Of a stretch of 64,000 bases of DNA, positions 18,497-28,200 are shown piece after piece (position 1 is the first letter of the stretch; every line of letters starts with the position of its first letter). Where the stretch lies: NCBI GenBank assembly GCA_001774685.1, contig MFAS01000001.1, positions 351,557-415,556 of the forward strand, written 5' to 3'. Both the position numbers and the translations under genes were made by a program. Below the pieces are notes generated by a model. That model was not told where the DNA came from. It ran no database searches and was given only the letters and a program-made list of their open reading frames with translations. Source of the stretch: Candidatus Collierbacteria bacterium RIFOXYD2_FULL_45_13 (GTDB lineage: Bacteria > Patescibacteriota > Microgenomatia > UBA1400 > MFAQ01).

Positions 18497-20149
18497 TTAC
18501 CAATTTTCCCTCAAATGATCCATCGCAAACTTCAAGTCTCCCCTCACTTTTTTTCTGGGATTGAAGATTCCTTGAGGGTCAAAAATATTTTTGACCTGCT
18601 CAAATAACTTCACCATCTCTTCTCCAAACATCTGGCTTAAATAAGGTGTTCGGATCAGTCCATCATTATGTTCTCCGGTAATGGATCCTCCGTTTTCCGT
18701 AATTACTTTGTAGACTCTCTCCGCAATTTCGGGGATAGCGGTTCTCACTACTGGGTTTTTGATATCCACAATCGGGATAATATGAAAGTTTCCCTCACCC
18801 ACATGTCCGGCAACGGTAAAGATAAACTCCGGGTGTTCTGCCAAGATACTGGTTACTTTCGGCAGTACATCCTGAACTTTCTGCGGGTCAATCACAAAAT
18901 CATCAATAAAAGGAGCTGTGTGCTTGTCTCTGATTTTATTCCTTAGCAAATTAAAACTTTCTCGTCTAACCAGCCAGTACTTCTTTGCCTGGTCGCCCAC
19001 CGCCACTTGGGTTTTTAGGTTTAGTGGTTTCAAACTCATCAGCAACTCGTCGACTTTGGTTTTCAATTCCTCTTGAGTTTCTCCGGCAAAATCAATCTGC
19101 AAAATCAGTTTGGGTAGGCGCCCCAAAGCCATCATGACAAATGCCGGCAAGAAGGCCAGTCCTGCTTGGATCATTCCTGATATCCCTAGTTGTTTAGCGA
19201 ACTCAGGAAAATATCTCAACGCCAGTTTTAGGGTATTATCATCATAAGATTCAAAACTCTCCGGCCCCAAAGGTAAAATTTTTCTGATGATTTCTCCCAG
19301 GTGATCCATGCTTGGTAAGAATATCACTACCATTCGGTGATTTTTTTGCACCGGCACCAAGCCAATTTCGGCCGAAAGCATCAGTCCCAAAGTACCCTGT
19401 GCTCCCACCCAAAGTTTGGTCAGGTCAAATATCCCTGATTCGATATCCCAAACGTCCCACAGGTTATACCCGGCAGAGTTTTTGTGAACCGTGGGTTTTG
19501 CTTTGTGAATCAACTCCTGATTATCCAGTATCAATTTATATACTTTCCGGTAAGTTTCTCCCTCAAAGTCTTTCTGGTTCGTTTTTGTCTCCAGTTCGTT
19601 TTTGTTCAGAGGTCTTACCTCATAGGTATTTCCGTCTGAGAGCACCACTTTAATTTTCCGTACATATTCCTGAGTCTTGCCATACTTCAATGATTTCTCA
19701 CCACCGGAATTATTATTCACAATTCCTCCCATGGCACAGATCGATTTGGATGCCGGATAGGAAGGGAAGAGTAGTCCCCGTTTCAGAGTTTCGATCTCAA
19801 AGTCGCGGTAAAACACTCCCGGCTCGGTGACGGCTGACTCTTCTTGAACTGTCGGAAGATGGTTAAAGTATCTAGAAAACTCCACGATAATCGAGTCATT
19901 TAGTGGTCCGCCGGACATATCGGTTCCGGCCGCCCGTCCGGTGAGAGATAGGGCAGGGTATCTCTGTTTATTTCTGGCTACGATTTTCACCAACCTTTCG
20001 ACATCCTTTTGGTCTTTAGGAAAAACTACCACCTCGGGCTTCACTTCAAAAAGGCTGGCATCATGGCTATATTCTTTCAGTGTTTCCTCACCATGTTCCA
20101 CTTCTCCATCTATCCGGCTCTTGATCTCTTCAAGTAGCTCTGTTTTCAT
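18497..20149 (-). CDS. FAD-linked oxidase (GlcD/D-lactate dehydrogenase family)
   Basis: PCMH-type FAD-binding domain (LSLTGRAAGTDMSGG); C-terminal GHVGEGNFH motif. Confidence 0.75.
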   Translation of the reverse strand: MKTELLEEIKSRIDGEVEHGEETLKEYSHDASLFEVKPEVVVFPKDQKDVERLVKIVARNKQRYPALSLTGRAAGTDMSGGPLNDSIIVEFSRYFNHLPTVQEESAVTEPGVFYRDFEIETLKRGLLFPSYPASKSICAMGGIVNNNSGGEKSLKYGKTQEYVRKIKVVLSDGNTYEVRPLNKNELETKTNQKDFEGETYRKVYKLILDNQELIHKAKPTVHKNSAGYNLWDVWDIESGIFDLTKLWVGAQGTLGLMLSAEIGLVPVQKNHRMVVIFLPSMDHLGEIIRKILPLGPESFESYDDNTLKLALRYFPEFAKQLGISGMIQAGLAFLPAFVMMALGRLPKLILQIDFAGETQEELKTKVDELLMSLKPLNLKTQVAVGDQAKKYWLVRRESFNLLRNKIRDKHTAPFIDDFVIDPQKVQDVLPKVTSILAEHPEFIFTVAGHVGEGNFHIIPIVDIKNPVVRTAIPEIAERVYKVITENGGSITGEHNDGLIRTPYLSQMFGEEMVKLFEQVKNIFDPQGIFNPRKKVRGDLKFAMDHLRENW

Positions 20150-21136
20150 TTACTTTCGGGAGATAACTTTCTTGACCGCCTCCTTGATAGCATTCTTACC
20201 CATACCATACTTTTCGATGATGTCTTTCGGGCTTCCTGATTCGGCAAAGGTATTTTGTAGTCCAACAAACTCCATCGGAGCCGGTCTCTTTAGTGCCAGC
20301 AGTTCAGCGATGGCCCCTCCTAGTCCACCCATCACCTGATGATCTTCCACACTGACGGCGCAACCTGTCTTTTCAATGAGGTCAAGCACTCCTTCCGAGT
20401 CCAGTGGTTTAATAAAGGCGACATTGGCCACCAACACATTTATTCCTTCGCTTTCCAGTTCTTTTCCGGCCAGCATAGCGTAATAAAGCATGTGTCCTGT
20501 GCCAAAGATGGTGCACTGAGGGTTTTCTGTTACCCAGAAAGTTTGAATTTTTTTATCAAATGGAGTTTCTTCAGTGGTCATGACTACCGATTTATCCCGG
20601 CTAAATCGAAGATACACCGGTCCGTCAATCGTGGCAGACATGATGGTCGCTCTTTTACTCTCATGGCTGTCACAAGGGACAATCACTTCTATATCCGGCC
20701 AGCACCGTGTAATGGCGATATCTTCGGTTGCTTGATGTGTTGCTCCATCAGGTCCGGTCATAATTCCGCTATGATGCCCGGCTATTTTTACGTTGGAGTG
20801 ATTGTAAATAATTGTAGTTCGAATCGTTTCCCAGTTTTTTCCCGGAGAAAAAGTCGCGTAGGAGGACATAAAGGGAATTTTTTTACTGACACCTAGGCCG
20901 GCCGCCATCGCCGCCATGTTTTGCTCGGCCACTCCGCACTCAAAAAATCTCTCCGGAAATTTCTTGGAAAACTCTTCTGTTCTGGTGGACTCATTGAGAT
21001 CAGCCGTCAAAACAACCACCGCCGGGTTAGTTTCCCCCAAATATACCAGTCCGGTTCCAAAGCCGTCTCTGGTGGCTTTCATCTCGGCCGCCTCCTCGAA
21101 CATTGTTGGATTTAGTTTTAGGGCTGGGTTAAGCAT
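20150..21136 (-). CDS. transketolase, C-terminal (pyrimidine-binding) subunit
   Basis: Pyr-binding and C-terminal domains; adjacent to the N-terminal subunit. Confidence 0.8.
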   Translation of the reverse strand: MLNPALKLNPTMFEEAAEMKATRDGFGTGLVYLGETNPAVVVLTADLNESTRTEEFSKKFPERFFECGVAEQNMAAMAAGLGVSKKIPFMSSYATFSPGKNWETIRTTIIYNHSNVKIAGHHSGIMTGPDGATHQATEDIAITRCWPDIEVIVPCDSHESKRATIMSATIDGPVYLRFSRDKSVVMTTEETPFDKKIQTFWVTENPQCTIFGTGHMLYYAMLAGKELESEGINVLVANVAFIKPLDSEGVLDLIEKTGCAVSVEDHQVMGGLGGAIAELLALKRPAPMEFVGLQNTFAESGSPKDIIEKYGMGKNAIKEAVKKVISRK

Positions 21137-21141
21137 TTTCT

Positions 21142-22050
21142 TTATTGATGTTCACTTTCTATTTTTCCTTGTAACGTCCTTAGGTCTGCCAGTGCGGTTT
21201 TTGCCTGATCACCTTTTGCCGGCGAGCCGGCTACCTCACCGACATCCGGTGGCGCTCCGTGCCAGAGATAGTTATTTTCCATGAAGCTTACGCCTTTTCC
21301 CGGTATGGTGTGAGCGATAATCACCGTTGGTTTGTTAAAAATCGCCTTTGCTTCACGGACTGCATCTACAAAAGTTCGGATATTATTCCCATCTACCTCC
21401 AAGACGTGCCACCCAAACGCTTCATATTTTTCCCGTAATGGCTCAAGAGGCATTATGTCCTCGGTAAAGCCATCGATCTGGATATTATTTCGGTCTATGA
21501 TCACCGTCATGTTATTTATTTTATTTTTCCCTGCAAACATGATTGCTTCCCAGGTGTTTCCTTCTTGGTGTTCGCCATCGGAAGTAATACAATAGATATA
21601 GTGATCTTTGTTGTCCAGTTTAGCGGCCAGAGCATAGCCAATCGCTTGCGAGATACCCTCACCCAATGGTCCGGACGTCGTTTCTACACCATCCAAGGCT
21701 GTCCGGTGCGGGTGCCCCTGCAGTCTGGAGTTCAATTTTCTTAATGTCTTCAGTTCTTCAATTGGGAAGTATCCGGCCATCGCCATCACCACGTAGCGAA
21801 TGGGACAGATATGCCCGTTGCTAAGAATCAGCCTGTCTCTATCCGGCTTGTGGGGGTCCTTGGGGTCATGGTTCAAGATATGGAAGTAAAGCGCTACAAA
21901 AATATCCGCCATCCCAAGTGGTCCGGCGCTATGCCCCGACTTGGCTTCCAGCAGTGTTTCTATGACGAGCTCCCTGGCTTTGACAGCCTTTTCCTGCAGA
22001 TCTAAAAGTTTTTCTTGCGTCAGATCGACGTCTAGGTTATCGACAATCAT
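21142..22050 (-). CDS. transketolase, N-terminal (TPP-binding) subunit
   Basis: SGHSAGPLGMADI and GDGE-type TPP-binding motifs. Confidence 0.8.
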   Translation of the reverse strand: MIVDNLDVDLTQEKLLDLQEKAVKARELVIETLLEAKSGHSAGPLGMADIFVALYFHILNHDPKDPHKPDRDRLILSNGHICPIRYVVMAMAGYFPIEELKTLRKLNSRLQGHPHRTALDGVETTSGPLGEGISQAIGYALAAKLDNKDHYIYCITSDGEHQEGNTWEAIMFAGKNKINNMTVIIDRNNIQIDGFTEDIMPLEPLREKYEAFGWHVLEVDGNNIRTFVDAVREAKAIFNKPTVIIAHTIPGKGVSFMENNYLWHGAPPDVGEVAGSPAKGDQAKTALADLRTLQGKIESEHQ

Positions 22051-23318
22051 ATTTTTAATATCATAATCAGGTCCGTTACATTTGACCCTAATTTATCTGT
22101 TAAGATTCCGTCGTCAACTTGCTCAAAAAAACTCGAACTGTCATCATTTTTTAGAAACTCTTGGGGATCTATGTTTTGCTTCTTGGCCTTTTCCCAAGTA
22201 TGTTTGTCCGCAATAGCTCCTCCGAAATGATAATAGTCGATTCCGTCAGAATCAAACGATACTATCAGTGTATCATCCTCTATCGGCAAACTAGCCAGGA
22301 CTAGCGCTTGGTTTCTACCCCCCTTGCCGCTTCCTACCACTTTTATGGTGGTTTCTCCTCCGGCCAGTAGTATTTTGCCGGGCGGTGTCTGTACCATCAG
22401 TTTCTTACCCATTTTCCTGGCATCTCCTTGGATTCTGTCGGAAAAAATAAAACTCTTCAAGCCCAGACTTCTAGCTTCTTTATTCATTGCTTCCAGGGCG
22501 GTCATGTTGCTGAGCAGGATAATTGTGTCGACATTTTCAAAGTACTCTGCCTCTTTGGGTAACTCCGTCAATGACGCTTCGGGTATATCAGATCGGCTTA
22601 TTTCATATTTGTCTAAGATACTGAGGGCCTTTTTGATTGTCGAACTGTCTCGAACTGTAGGCCCGGAAGCGATCACCGACAAATCATTTCCGGGTACATC
22701 TGAGAATATCAAGTTTACTATCCTCGCCGGGAAGAGATGTTTGGCCAAGCCGCCACCTTTAACCTTGGACAGATGTCTGCGGACCACATTGATTTCGGAG
22801 ATAGTCGCTCCGGAGTTGATTAGTTTGGCGGATACTTCCCGCAGCTTTCCCATTGGTAGAGAATGGGGGGCTTCAAACAAAGCCGATCCTCCACCGCAAA
22901 CTACCACCAGCACCAAGTCCTTTTTCGTCATACCCACGGTTTCTTCCAGCACCTTTTCCGTAAAAGCTACGTTCTCTTCAGATGGTAGAGGATGGGTGCC
23001 AAGTGTAAAGAAAGTCCTCTTGAATTTTTTTGATACCGTGTCAATCACCCAGCCTTTGGTAAGTGAGACTCCAAGTTGGCTCTCGATGGAGCTCGAGACT
23101 TCGGCCGAACCCTTGCCAAATCCGATCAAAAATACTCTTTCAAATTTTGACAGCTTAATTCTTTTATTAGCTACTCTCAACACGCCATCTTCCAGATGGA
23201 TTTTCTCGTGGAGCACTTTCTCCGGTTGGATTGCCTCCAGCCCTGCCTCTAGGATTCTTAAGGCAGTCTTTCTCCTCTCGGACGTAGCTATGGTTGAATA
23301 ATTCTTAATGAGATTCAT
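22047..23318 (-). CDS. glycerate 2-kinase (MOFRL family)
   Basis: DUF4147 N-terminus plus MOFRL C-terminus pattern; ~420 aa. Confidence 0.6.
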   Translation of the reverse strand: MNLIKNYSTIATSERRKTALRILEAGLEAIQPEKVLHEKIHLEDGVLRVANKRIKLSKFERVFLIGFGKGSAEVSSSIESQLGVSLTKGWVIDTVSKKFKRTFFTLGTHPLPSEENVAFTEKVLEETVGMTKKDLVLVVVCGGGSALFEAPHSLPMGKLREVSAKLINSGATISEINVVRRHLSKVKGGGLAKHLFPARIVNLIFSDVPGNDLSVIASGPTVRDSSTIKKALSILDKYEISRSDIPEASLTELPKEAEYFENVDTIILLSNMTALEAMNKEARSLGLKSFIFSDRIQGDARKMGKKLMVQTPPGKILLAGGETTIKVVGSGKGGRNQALVLASLPIEDDTLIVSFDSDGIDYYHFGGAIADKHTWEKAKKQNIDPQEFLKNDDSSSFFEQVDDGILTDKLGSNVTDLIMILKI

Positions 23319-23815
23319 TTTCCAAAAAACAAATCATTAACCAACTGGGTCAGAGGGTCCACTCCTGGTCCAAAAGCCATTATCCCTCCCAAAGCTCCGG
23401 TAATTGTCAGTAATATCAAGCCGGTCAAGGCCAGCAGAACGAGCGTCCTTGGTCGAAAAATATTTTTGTTCAGTTCAGAAATATATCCCCACCAGTCAGA
23501 CCTTTTTGTCATTGAGTAAATATCTTTATCAATCCATGTTATTAAATACGATAATGCTATCAGACCATAAACTATGGCGGTAGTCTGTGCAAATGTGGAA
23601 TGCACTCGTACTATGCGCTCCGGAAACGAGTCGGCTATCAGCTTTCCAAACAAAATGGTGGGGATCGTTGCCAGAAATCCGATCACCAGCATTATGGCCT
23701 TAACATAGAACCAATAGCTTAGGCTCAACACTCTTTTAGATCTTACAAACTCGCCCAAACTATACAAGGTCAAGAGAGCAATCGGAAAATGAACGAGTAT
23801 TGGATGAAGGTTCAC
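23315..23815 (-). CDS. DUF2231-like membrane protein
   Basis: LHPILVHFPIALL N-terminal motif; 4 TM helices. Confidence 0.45.
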   Translation of the reverse strand: MNLHPILVHFPIALLTLYSLGEFVRSKRVLSLSYWFYVKAIMLVIGFLATIPTILFGKLIADSFPERIVRVHSTFAQTTAIVYGLIALSYLITWIDKDIYSMTKRSDWWGYISELNKNIFRPRTLVLLALTGLILLTITGALGGIMAFGPGVDPLTQLVNDLFFGK

Positions 23816-23861
23816 ATTTCCAGTTTATCATCATTTCCAGGTCGGCTTTCCGTACCCGTTC

Positions 23862-24410
23862 TCACTCCACTACCTGGTCAAGCTGTGACTTTACGAAATT
23901 GTCGTAGTACTTGATGACCACCGGGATGGTTCTTGTGTCTAGTAGCTGTTTGAGACTTTCGTATTCGTGATTCTCTAAAGCTTTTCTTACCTCGGTGGCG
24001 GATCTTATCCTTGGATCACCGTACCGGCTGGCCGCGATCTTTGTCATAAACTTCGTCGCCAGTACGGCCAGATCTTCATTGCTACCTCCATAGAAGACAA
24101 ACCGCACTGCCATGTTGTTTTCCAACTTTTTTATTTCCGCCAACCACTGATCATTCGTGCTACCGTCAAAATAAACCAGCTTGGGGTTTATGTCCGGCAA
24201 GGGGACAATCCTCATCGCCGGGTAAATCTGTTTAATGATCTCTCGTCTCTGTTCGTAAGAAAAGGGAGTTCTCTGGTTACATGAGTTCGATGAGCCTATT
24301 ATTATCATGCAGTTTTCCAAACCTCTTTCTGTGATCATCAAATCTACCTGAGCCTGATGACCTTTATGAAACGGGGAAAATCTACCTAGTAATACAGCTA
24401 CCTCTTTCAT
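23862..24410 (-). CDS. nicotinamide-nucleotide adenylyltransferase, archaeal NadM-type cytidylyltransferase fold
   Basis: GRFSPFHKGH motif near the N-terminus; ~180 aa. Confidence 0.55.
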   Translation of the reverse strand: MKEVAVLLGRFSPFHKGHQAQVDLMITERGLENCMIIIGSSNSCNQRTPFSYEQRREIIKQIYPAMRIVPLPDINPKLVYFDGSTNDQWLAEIKKLENNMAVRFVFYGGSNEDLAVLATKFMTKIAASRYGDPRIRSATEVRKALENHEYESLKQLLDTRTIPVVIKYYDNFVKSQLDQVVE

Positions 24411-24451
24411 TTATTGTTGCTTACCTTCTTGATAGTGTATAGCATACACGA

Positions 24452-25039
24452 TTAGATCATCCAACGCAAGACCTCTTGGTATACCTCCTCAATCTCTTTG
24501 TTGGCATTCACCGACCGTAGTTCCCAGTCCGGTTGCTCCTGAATAACGGATATCCTGTCGTGGAGTTGAAAGTGAAACTTGGATAGACGGCCAAAAACTC
24601 CCGAGAGAGTGTCGTCTGGTCTTTTTCTGGCATTCTTCCCGAACACTAGTCGCAAGTAACTTGTCCAGTAGGGGATTTGTAAATGTATCACCGTCAATGG
24701 CAGCTTCAAGTTAGCTTGGTCCAGAACCGATCTAAAGGCTCTGGTTTCTTGTAGGGTTCGCATTCCTCCGTCCAATATTAGACCTTCTGTTACATCATCC
24801 TGGCAAAAGCGCTGAACCAGGATTTTCAAGAGTGACTCTCCGGACAGATATCCTTTCGCCGCGAACATCGTTCTGCATTCTTCCCCCAGTGGCCCGGTAT
24901 CATTTTTGGCCAAGTCTCGAATAATGTCTCCCGTGGTGATTCTCGGTAGCCTTGATTGCTTTGAGAGCATGGTTGCCATCGTTGTCTTGTCGGATCCTTC
25001 GGGTCCGATAAATACTACAATTCTGCTCTTCAGATCCAT
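24452..25039 (-). CDS. adenylate-kinase-like nucleoside monophosphate kinase
   Basis: P-loop GPEGSDKTT; ILDGGMRT (ILDGFPRT-like) motif. Confidence 0.5.
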   Translation of the reverse strand: MDLKSRIVVFIGPEGSDKTTMATMLSKQSRLPRITTGDIIRDLAKNDTGPLGEECRTMFAAKGYLSGESLLKILVQRFCQDDVTEGLILDGGMRTLQETRAFRSVLDQANLKLPLTVIHLQIPYWTSYLRLVFGKNARKRPDDTLSGVFGRLSKFHFQLHDRISVIQEQPDWELRSVNANKEIEEVYQEVLRWMI

Positions 25040-25077
25040 AGAAAAATCCTAAGTCCCAAATGAGCAAAACACAACCC

Positions 25078-25350
25078 TCAAAACAATTTTCCGGCCACTA
25101 GCTTTTCTTTTTTCTCTTTTGTCCAAGTTCTCAGTTCTCTTTCCCTCCTCATCGCCTCGCCTCTGGTCGGTTGTTCCTCTGAATAAACAAGCTTTGCACT
25201 TTCAAAACATCGAATATACTTGGCTGACTTACTCGTCTTGCCCTCATGCTCCCTCAGTCTTCGTTCCAGATTGTTCGTCTGCCCGACATATAAGGTATTT
25301 GCTGAAGTTCTCAGCATATAGACAAAAAAAGACCTATTTGTACTACTCAT
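25078..25350 (-). CDS. GIY-YIG nuclease-domain protein (UPF0213-like)
   Basis: FFVYMLR...LYVGQTNNLERRLREH GIY-YIG motif. Confidence 0.65.
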   Translation of the reverse strand: MSSTNRSFFVYMLRTSANTLYVGQTNNLERRLREHEGKTSKSAKYIRCFESAKLVYSEEQPTRGEAMRRERELRTWTKEKKEKLVAGKLF

Positions 25351-27397
25351 ACCTTAGTGCATTCAAAGCCGATATTTTGGTAGCTCGTCTAGCCGGATAA
25401 ATACCGGTCACCATGCCTACAATGAAAGAGAGTAAGATGATGACCAAGACAAAGGTAATGGGTAAAAAGGAGATGTTTATATACCCTACTCCCTTAAATA
25501 TTGCGAAAGTAGAAAGGAGTAGCCCAAGAACTTTACCCGCCATATAGCCAAGGAATATTCCTAAGACGCCTCCAAAAAATCCCATCATCATCGATTCAGT
25601 CAGAAATAGTTCTTGAACCTCAGTCGACTTCATCCCCATTGCTTTCATTAGTCCGACCTCTCGTGTTCTTTCCAAAAGAGATACTGTCAGCGTGTTAAAC
25701 ATTCCCAAAGAGGCAACTGCTAGTGCCACCATACCTAGAATCCCAAGCACCACCCTTACCGTCCCAAATAAGCTAGTAATTTGTGACACTGTGTCGGCTA
25801 CACTCCTAGTAGAGTATCCAAGTCCTTCTATCTGGCGTCTTACTTTATCTAAAGCACTTTGGTCTTTCACCACCACCTTCACTTGAGAGTAATTTGTTAT
25901 CCCCAAAGTTCTAAGGTCTACAAAAGGTACGTAAAAGACCGGCGATTTTTCGTCGGGAACTACTCCCACGATCTTAAATTCTGCCGGAGAGGACTCCACT
26001 TTTTCTTTTGGATCGTCTAGGAGATCTCCGACTACCACAAACGAGACTGTAAACACTTTCCCCACCGCTTCTGATTCTTTGAGCCCCAGGACTTTAAGCA
26101 TCGATCTATTCACGACTGCTTGTTTAAGCGCACTTGCTCCTAGATCAATCTTTTTAACTTCAGCGGTACTGATCACTCCCGCCTCACTCGCAATCTCTAC
26201 CCAGCCAAGAGCTCCGTTTACTCCGGTTGCACTTGTAGTAGTGTCGGTTGTTAGAGCCAGGACACTTCCCTCTTTGATACCTATACTGGTCACTATTGTG
26301 TCCGCTAAAGGAGCAAAATAGCCAGTTCTTATTTCTTGTAGACCGCTTGCATCACGAGACACCAAGTATCCACCATCAGTACAGTCAGGTTGCTCTACGA
26401 CACTACACTTCTCTTTTTTCCATAGAGGCAGGCTAGCCTTTACCCATTTGCCCAAAGTTGCTCCATTTTCGTCCACTCCAGCTTCACCTCGATTGTCTTC
26501 CGAGGCATACTGCGACCCCCAAACTTCTTCCCCAGATGGACTACCCTCAACTCTTTTAGAGTATCCGATGATGTTACTAGTTTTATCCGGTTTTTCCCGA
26601 ATCCTGATCCATACGCCCTCTGGCAAAGAATAATTAACGTCTTGAATCTCCATACCATAGTAAGCAAAGTCTCGATCTGTAGATACTCCTGCCACCTGAC
26701 CTTCGGCCTCTTGCAACTTAGCTACCAGTTCATTGCTCTCAAATATTTTGCCTTCCACTGGTTTTATGGCCGACTGTGTTAAGTACTCAGTTGTCACCCC
26801 ATAAACTGCCATATCAGAAATCGAGTTTTGATAATTCACTCTTCCGACCACAGCAATGAGGGGCAAAACGGAAGTTACACTCGCCACACCTGAAAAATCA
26901 GCTAATGTCTTGTCGTTTATTTTAGCAATACTTCCCGTCTGGGAAGTTACATCTGTCTGCTTCATTTCATCTAGCCTAGCCACTCGGGATACTACCATGT
27001 GTTCTAGTCCATATCCCACCGACACCAAGAACACTATCGCCCCGATTCCGATAGCCATCCCTCCAACGGTGATCATGGTTCTAGTTTTTTTGGCCTTCAT
27101 ATTTTGGAAGGCTAGTTCTATCAGAGCGACTCTTGAGATGCTGGTAAAGTCCCTCCGGTCAAAGAAAGCCAGTGTTTTTATCTGTTGTTCGTAAAAGGGC
27201 TTCATTAAGCTGTCCTTTAGTTGTTTTGGGAACCAGCGAAGTCTTATAATGGCCGTCACACTTACCCCTAGGACATAAAACAGGAGTAAGGCTACAAAGT
27301 TGAGCCGTGAAAGCACCTCCAAGCCAAGCCACTTAATCTTCGGCCTTAAAGTCCTAAAGTCCAAAATAATTGAGATTTTTGATAATAGATTATTCAT
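25343..27397 (-). CDS. ABC transporter permease, FtsX/MacB-like with large extracytoplasmic domain
   Basis: Conserved N-terminus (ISRVALIELAFQNMKAKKTRTMITVGG), then a large extracytoplasmic domain, then a C-terminal FtsX 3-TM bundle. The true start may be Met65 at 27205. Confidence 0.7.
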   Translation of the reverse strand: MNNLLSKISIILDFRTLRPKIKWLGLEVLSRLNFVALLLFYVLGVSVTAIIRLRWFPKQLKDSLMKPFYEQQIKTLAFFDRRDFTSISRVALIELAFQNMKAKKTRTMITVGGMAIGIGAIVFLVSVGYGLEHMVVSRVARLDEMKQTDVTSQTGSIAKINDKTLADFSGVASVTSVLPLIAVVGRVNYQNSISDMAVYGVTTEYLTQSAIKPVEGKIFESNELVAKLQEAEGQVAGVSTDRDFAYYGMEIQDVNYSLPEGVWIRIREKPDKTSNIIGYSKRVEGSPSGEEVWGSQYASEDNRGEAGVDENGATLGKWVKASLPLWKKEKCSVVEQPDCTDGGYLVSRDASGLQEIRTGYFAPLADTIVTSIGIKEGSVLALTTDTTTSATGVNGALGWVEIASEAGVISTAEVKKIDLGASALKQAVVNRSMLKVLGLKESEAVGKVFTVSFVVVGDLLDDPKEKVESSPAEFKIVGVVPDEKSPVFYVPFVDLRTLGITNYSQVKVVVKDQSALDKVRRQIEGLGYSTRSVADTVSQITSLFGTVRVVLGILGMVALAVASLGMFNTLTVSLLERTREVGLMKAMGMKSTEVQELFLTESMMMGFFGGVLGIFLGYMAGKVLGLLLSTFAIFKGVGYINISFLPITFVLVIILLSFIVGMVTGIYPARRATKISALNALRYE

Positions 27398-27411
27398 TAA
27401 ATTGCTTTGTA

Positions 27412-28167
27412 TTAGGCCGTTTCGTAGCCACGTTTGTTTTTCATGTCCCGTGTGAGACGGTCCTTATTTTTTTCATCGTAAATATCGACTATTTGTCCGT
27501 CGAAAATACTGATGGCTGTTTTAGCGAACTTAAGATACTCCAAGTCGTGAGTCACCATAATTATCGTCTTGTTTTGTTTGGTATTCAATTCTTGCAGGAG
27601 CTTCATGAGGGACTGTCCGGAAACAAAATCCAAGTTGCCCGTCGGCTCGTCTGCAATGATTACCTCAGGATCAGTGACCATGGCTCTGATGAGAGCAATT
27701 CTCTGCTGCTGTCCTCCAGACAGTTCGGATGGCATATAGTGAGCCCACTCGAGCATCTCTATTGTTTGAAGTAGTTCGGTCGCTTTCGACAAACCTTCAT
27801 CTCGTGTTTTTCCGAGCAAGAGCTGGGGAAAAACCAGGTTATCAATCACAGATAAAGCTTTTATCCAGTTTGGCTGTTGGTAAACCATGCCAATGTGGAT
27901 TTTTCGAAACTGACTCCGGTCATCCTCAGTTGGCAGGTTGTAAAGATTTTCTCCAAAAAAGGTGACCGATCCTGTATTGGGACCCTCAAGACCTAGAAGT
28001 GCGTGTAATAACGTGGATTTGCCACATCCAGAGGGTCCAAAAATAATCACAAAGTCCCCGGACTTGACTTCAAAAGAAATATTTTTTAGTACCGGGATGT
28101 CCACCCCTCCCACAAAATATGCTTTAGAGACGTTATCAACTCTAATTATGTTATTTTTAGTATCCAT
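27412..28167 (-). CDS. ABC transporter ATP-binding protein (MacB/LolD-like)
   Basis: Walker A GPSGCGKST; signature LSGGQQQR; Walker B. Confidence 0.85.
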   Translation of the reverse strand: MDTKNNIIRVDNVSKAYFVGGVDIPVLKNISFEVKSGDFVIIFGPSGCGKSTLLHALLGLEGPNTGSVTFFGENLYNLPTEDDRSQFRKIHIGMVYQQPNWIKALSVIDNLVFPQLLLGKTRDEGLSKATELLQTIEMLEWAHYMPSELSGGQQQRIALIRAMVTDPEVIIADEPTGNLDFVSGQSLMKLLQELNTKQNKTIIMVTHDLEYLKFAKTAISIFDGQIVDIYDEKNKDRLTRDMKNKRGYETA

Positions 28168-28200
28168 GTCTATTGCCCCTAGTTTGTCATTTCATTATAG

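Noticed and set aside
20339-20896. 185-aa plus-strand ORF inside the transketolase C-terminal subunit
   Set aside because: Antisense to a strongly supported gene; Cys/His-rich junk composition.
22324-23301. 325-aa plus-strand ORF, S/T/P-rich
   Set aside because: Lies entirely antisense to the well-supported glycerate kinase gene; its composition is typical of antisense frames; no motif.
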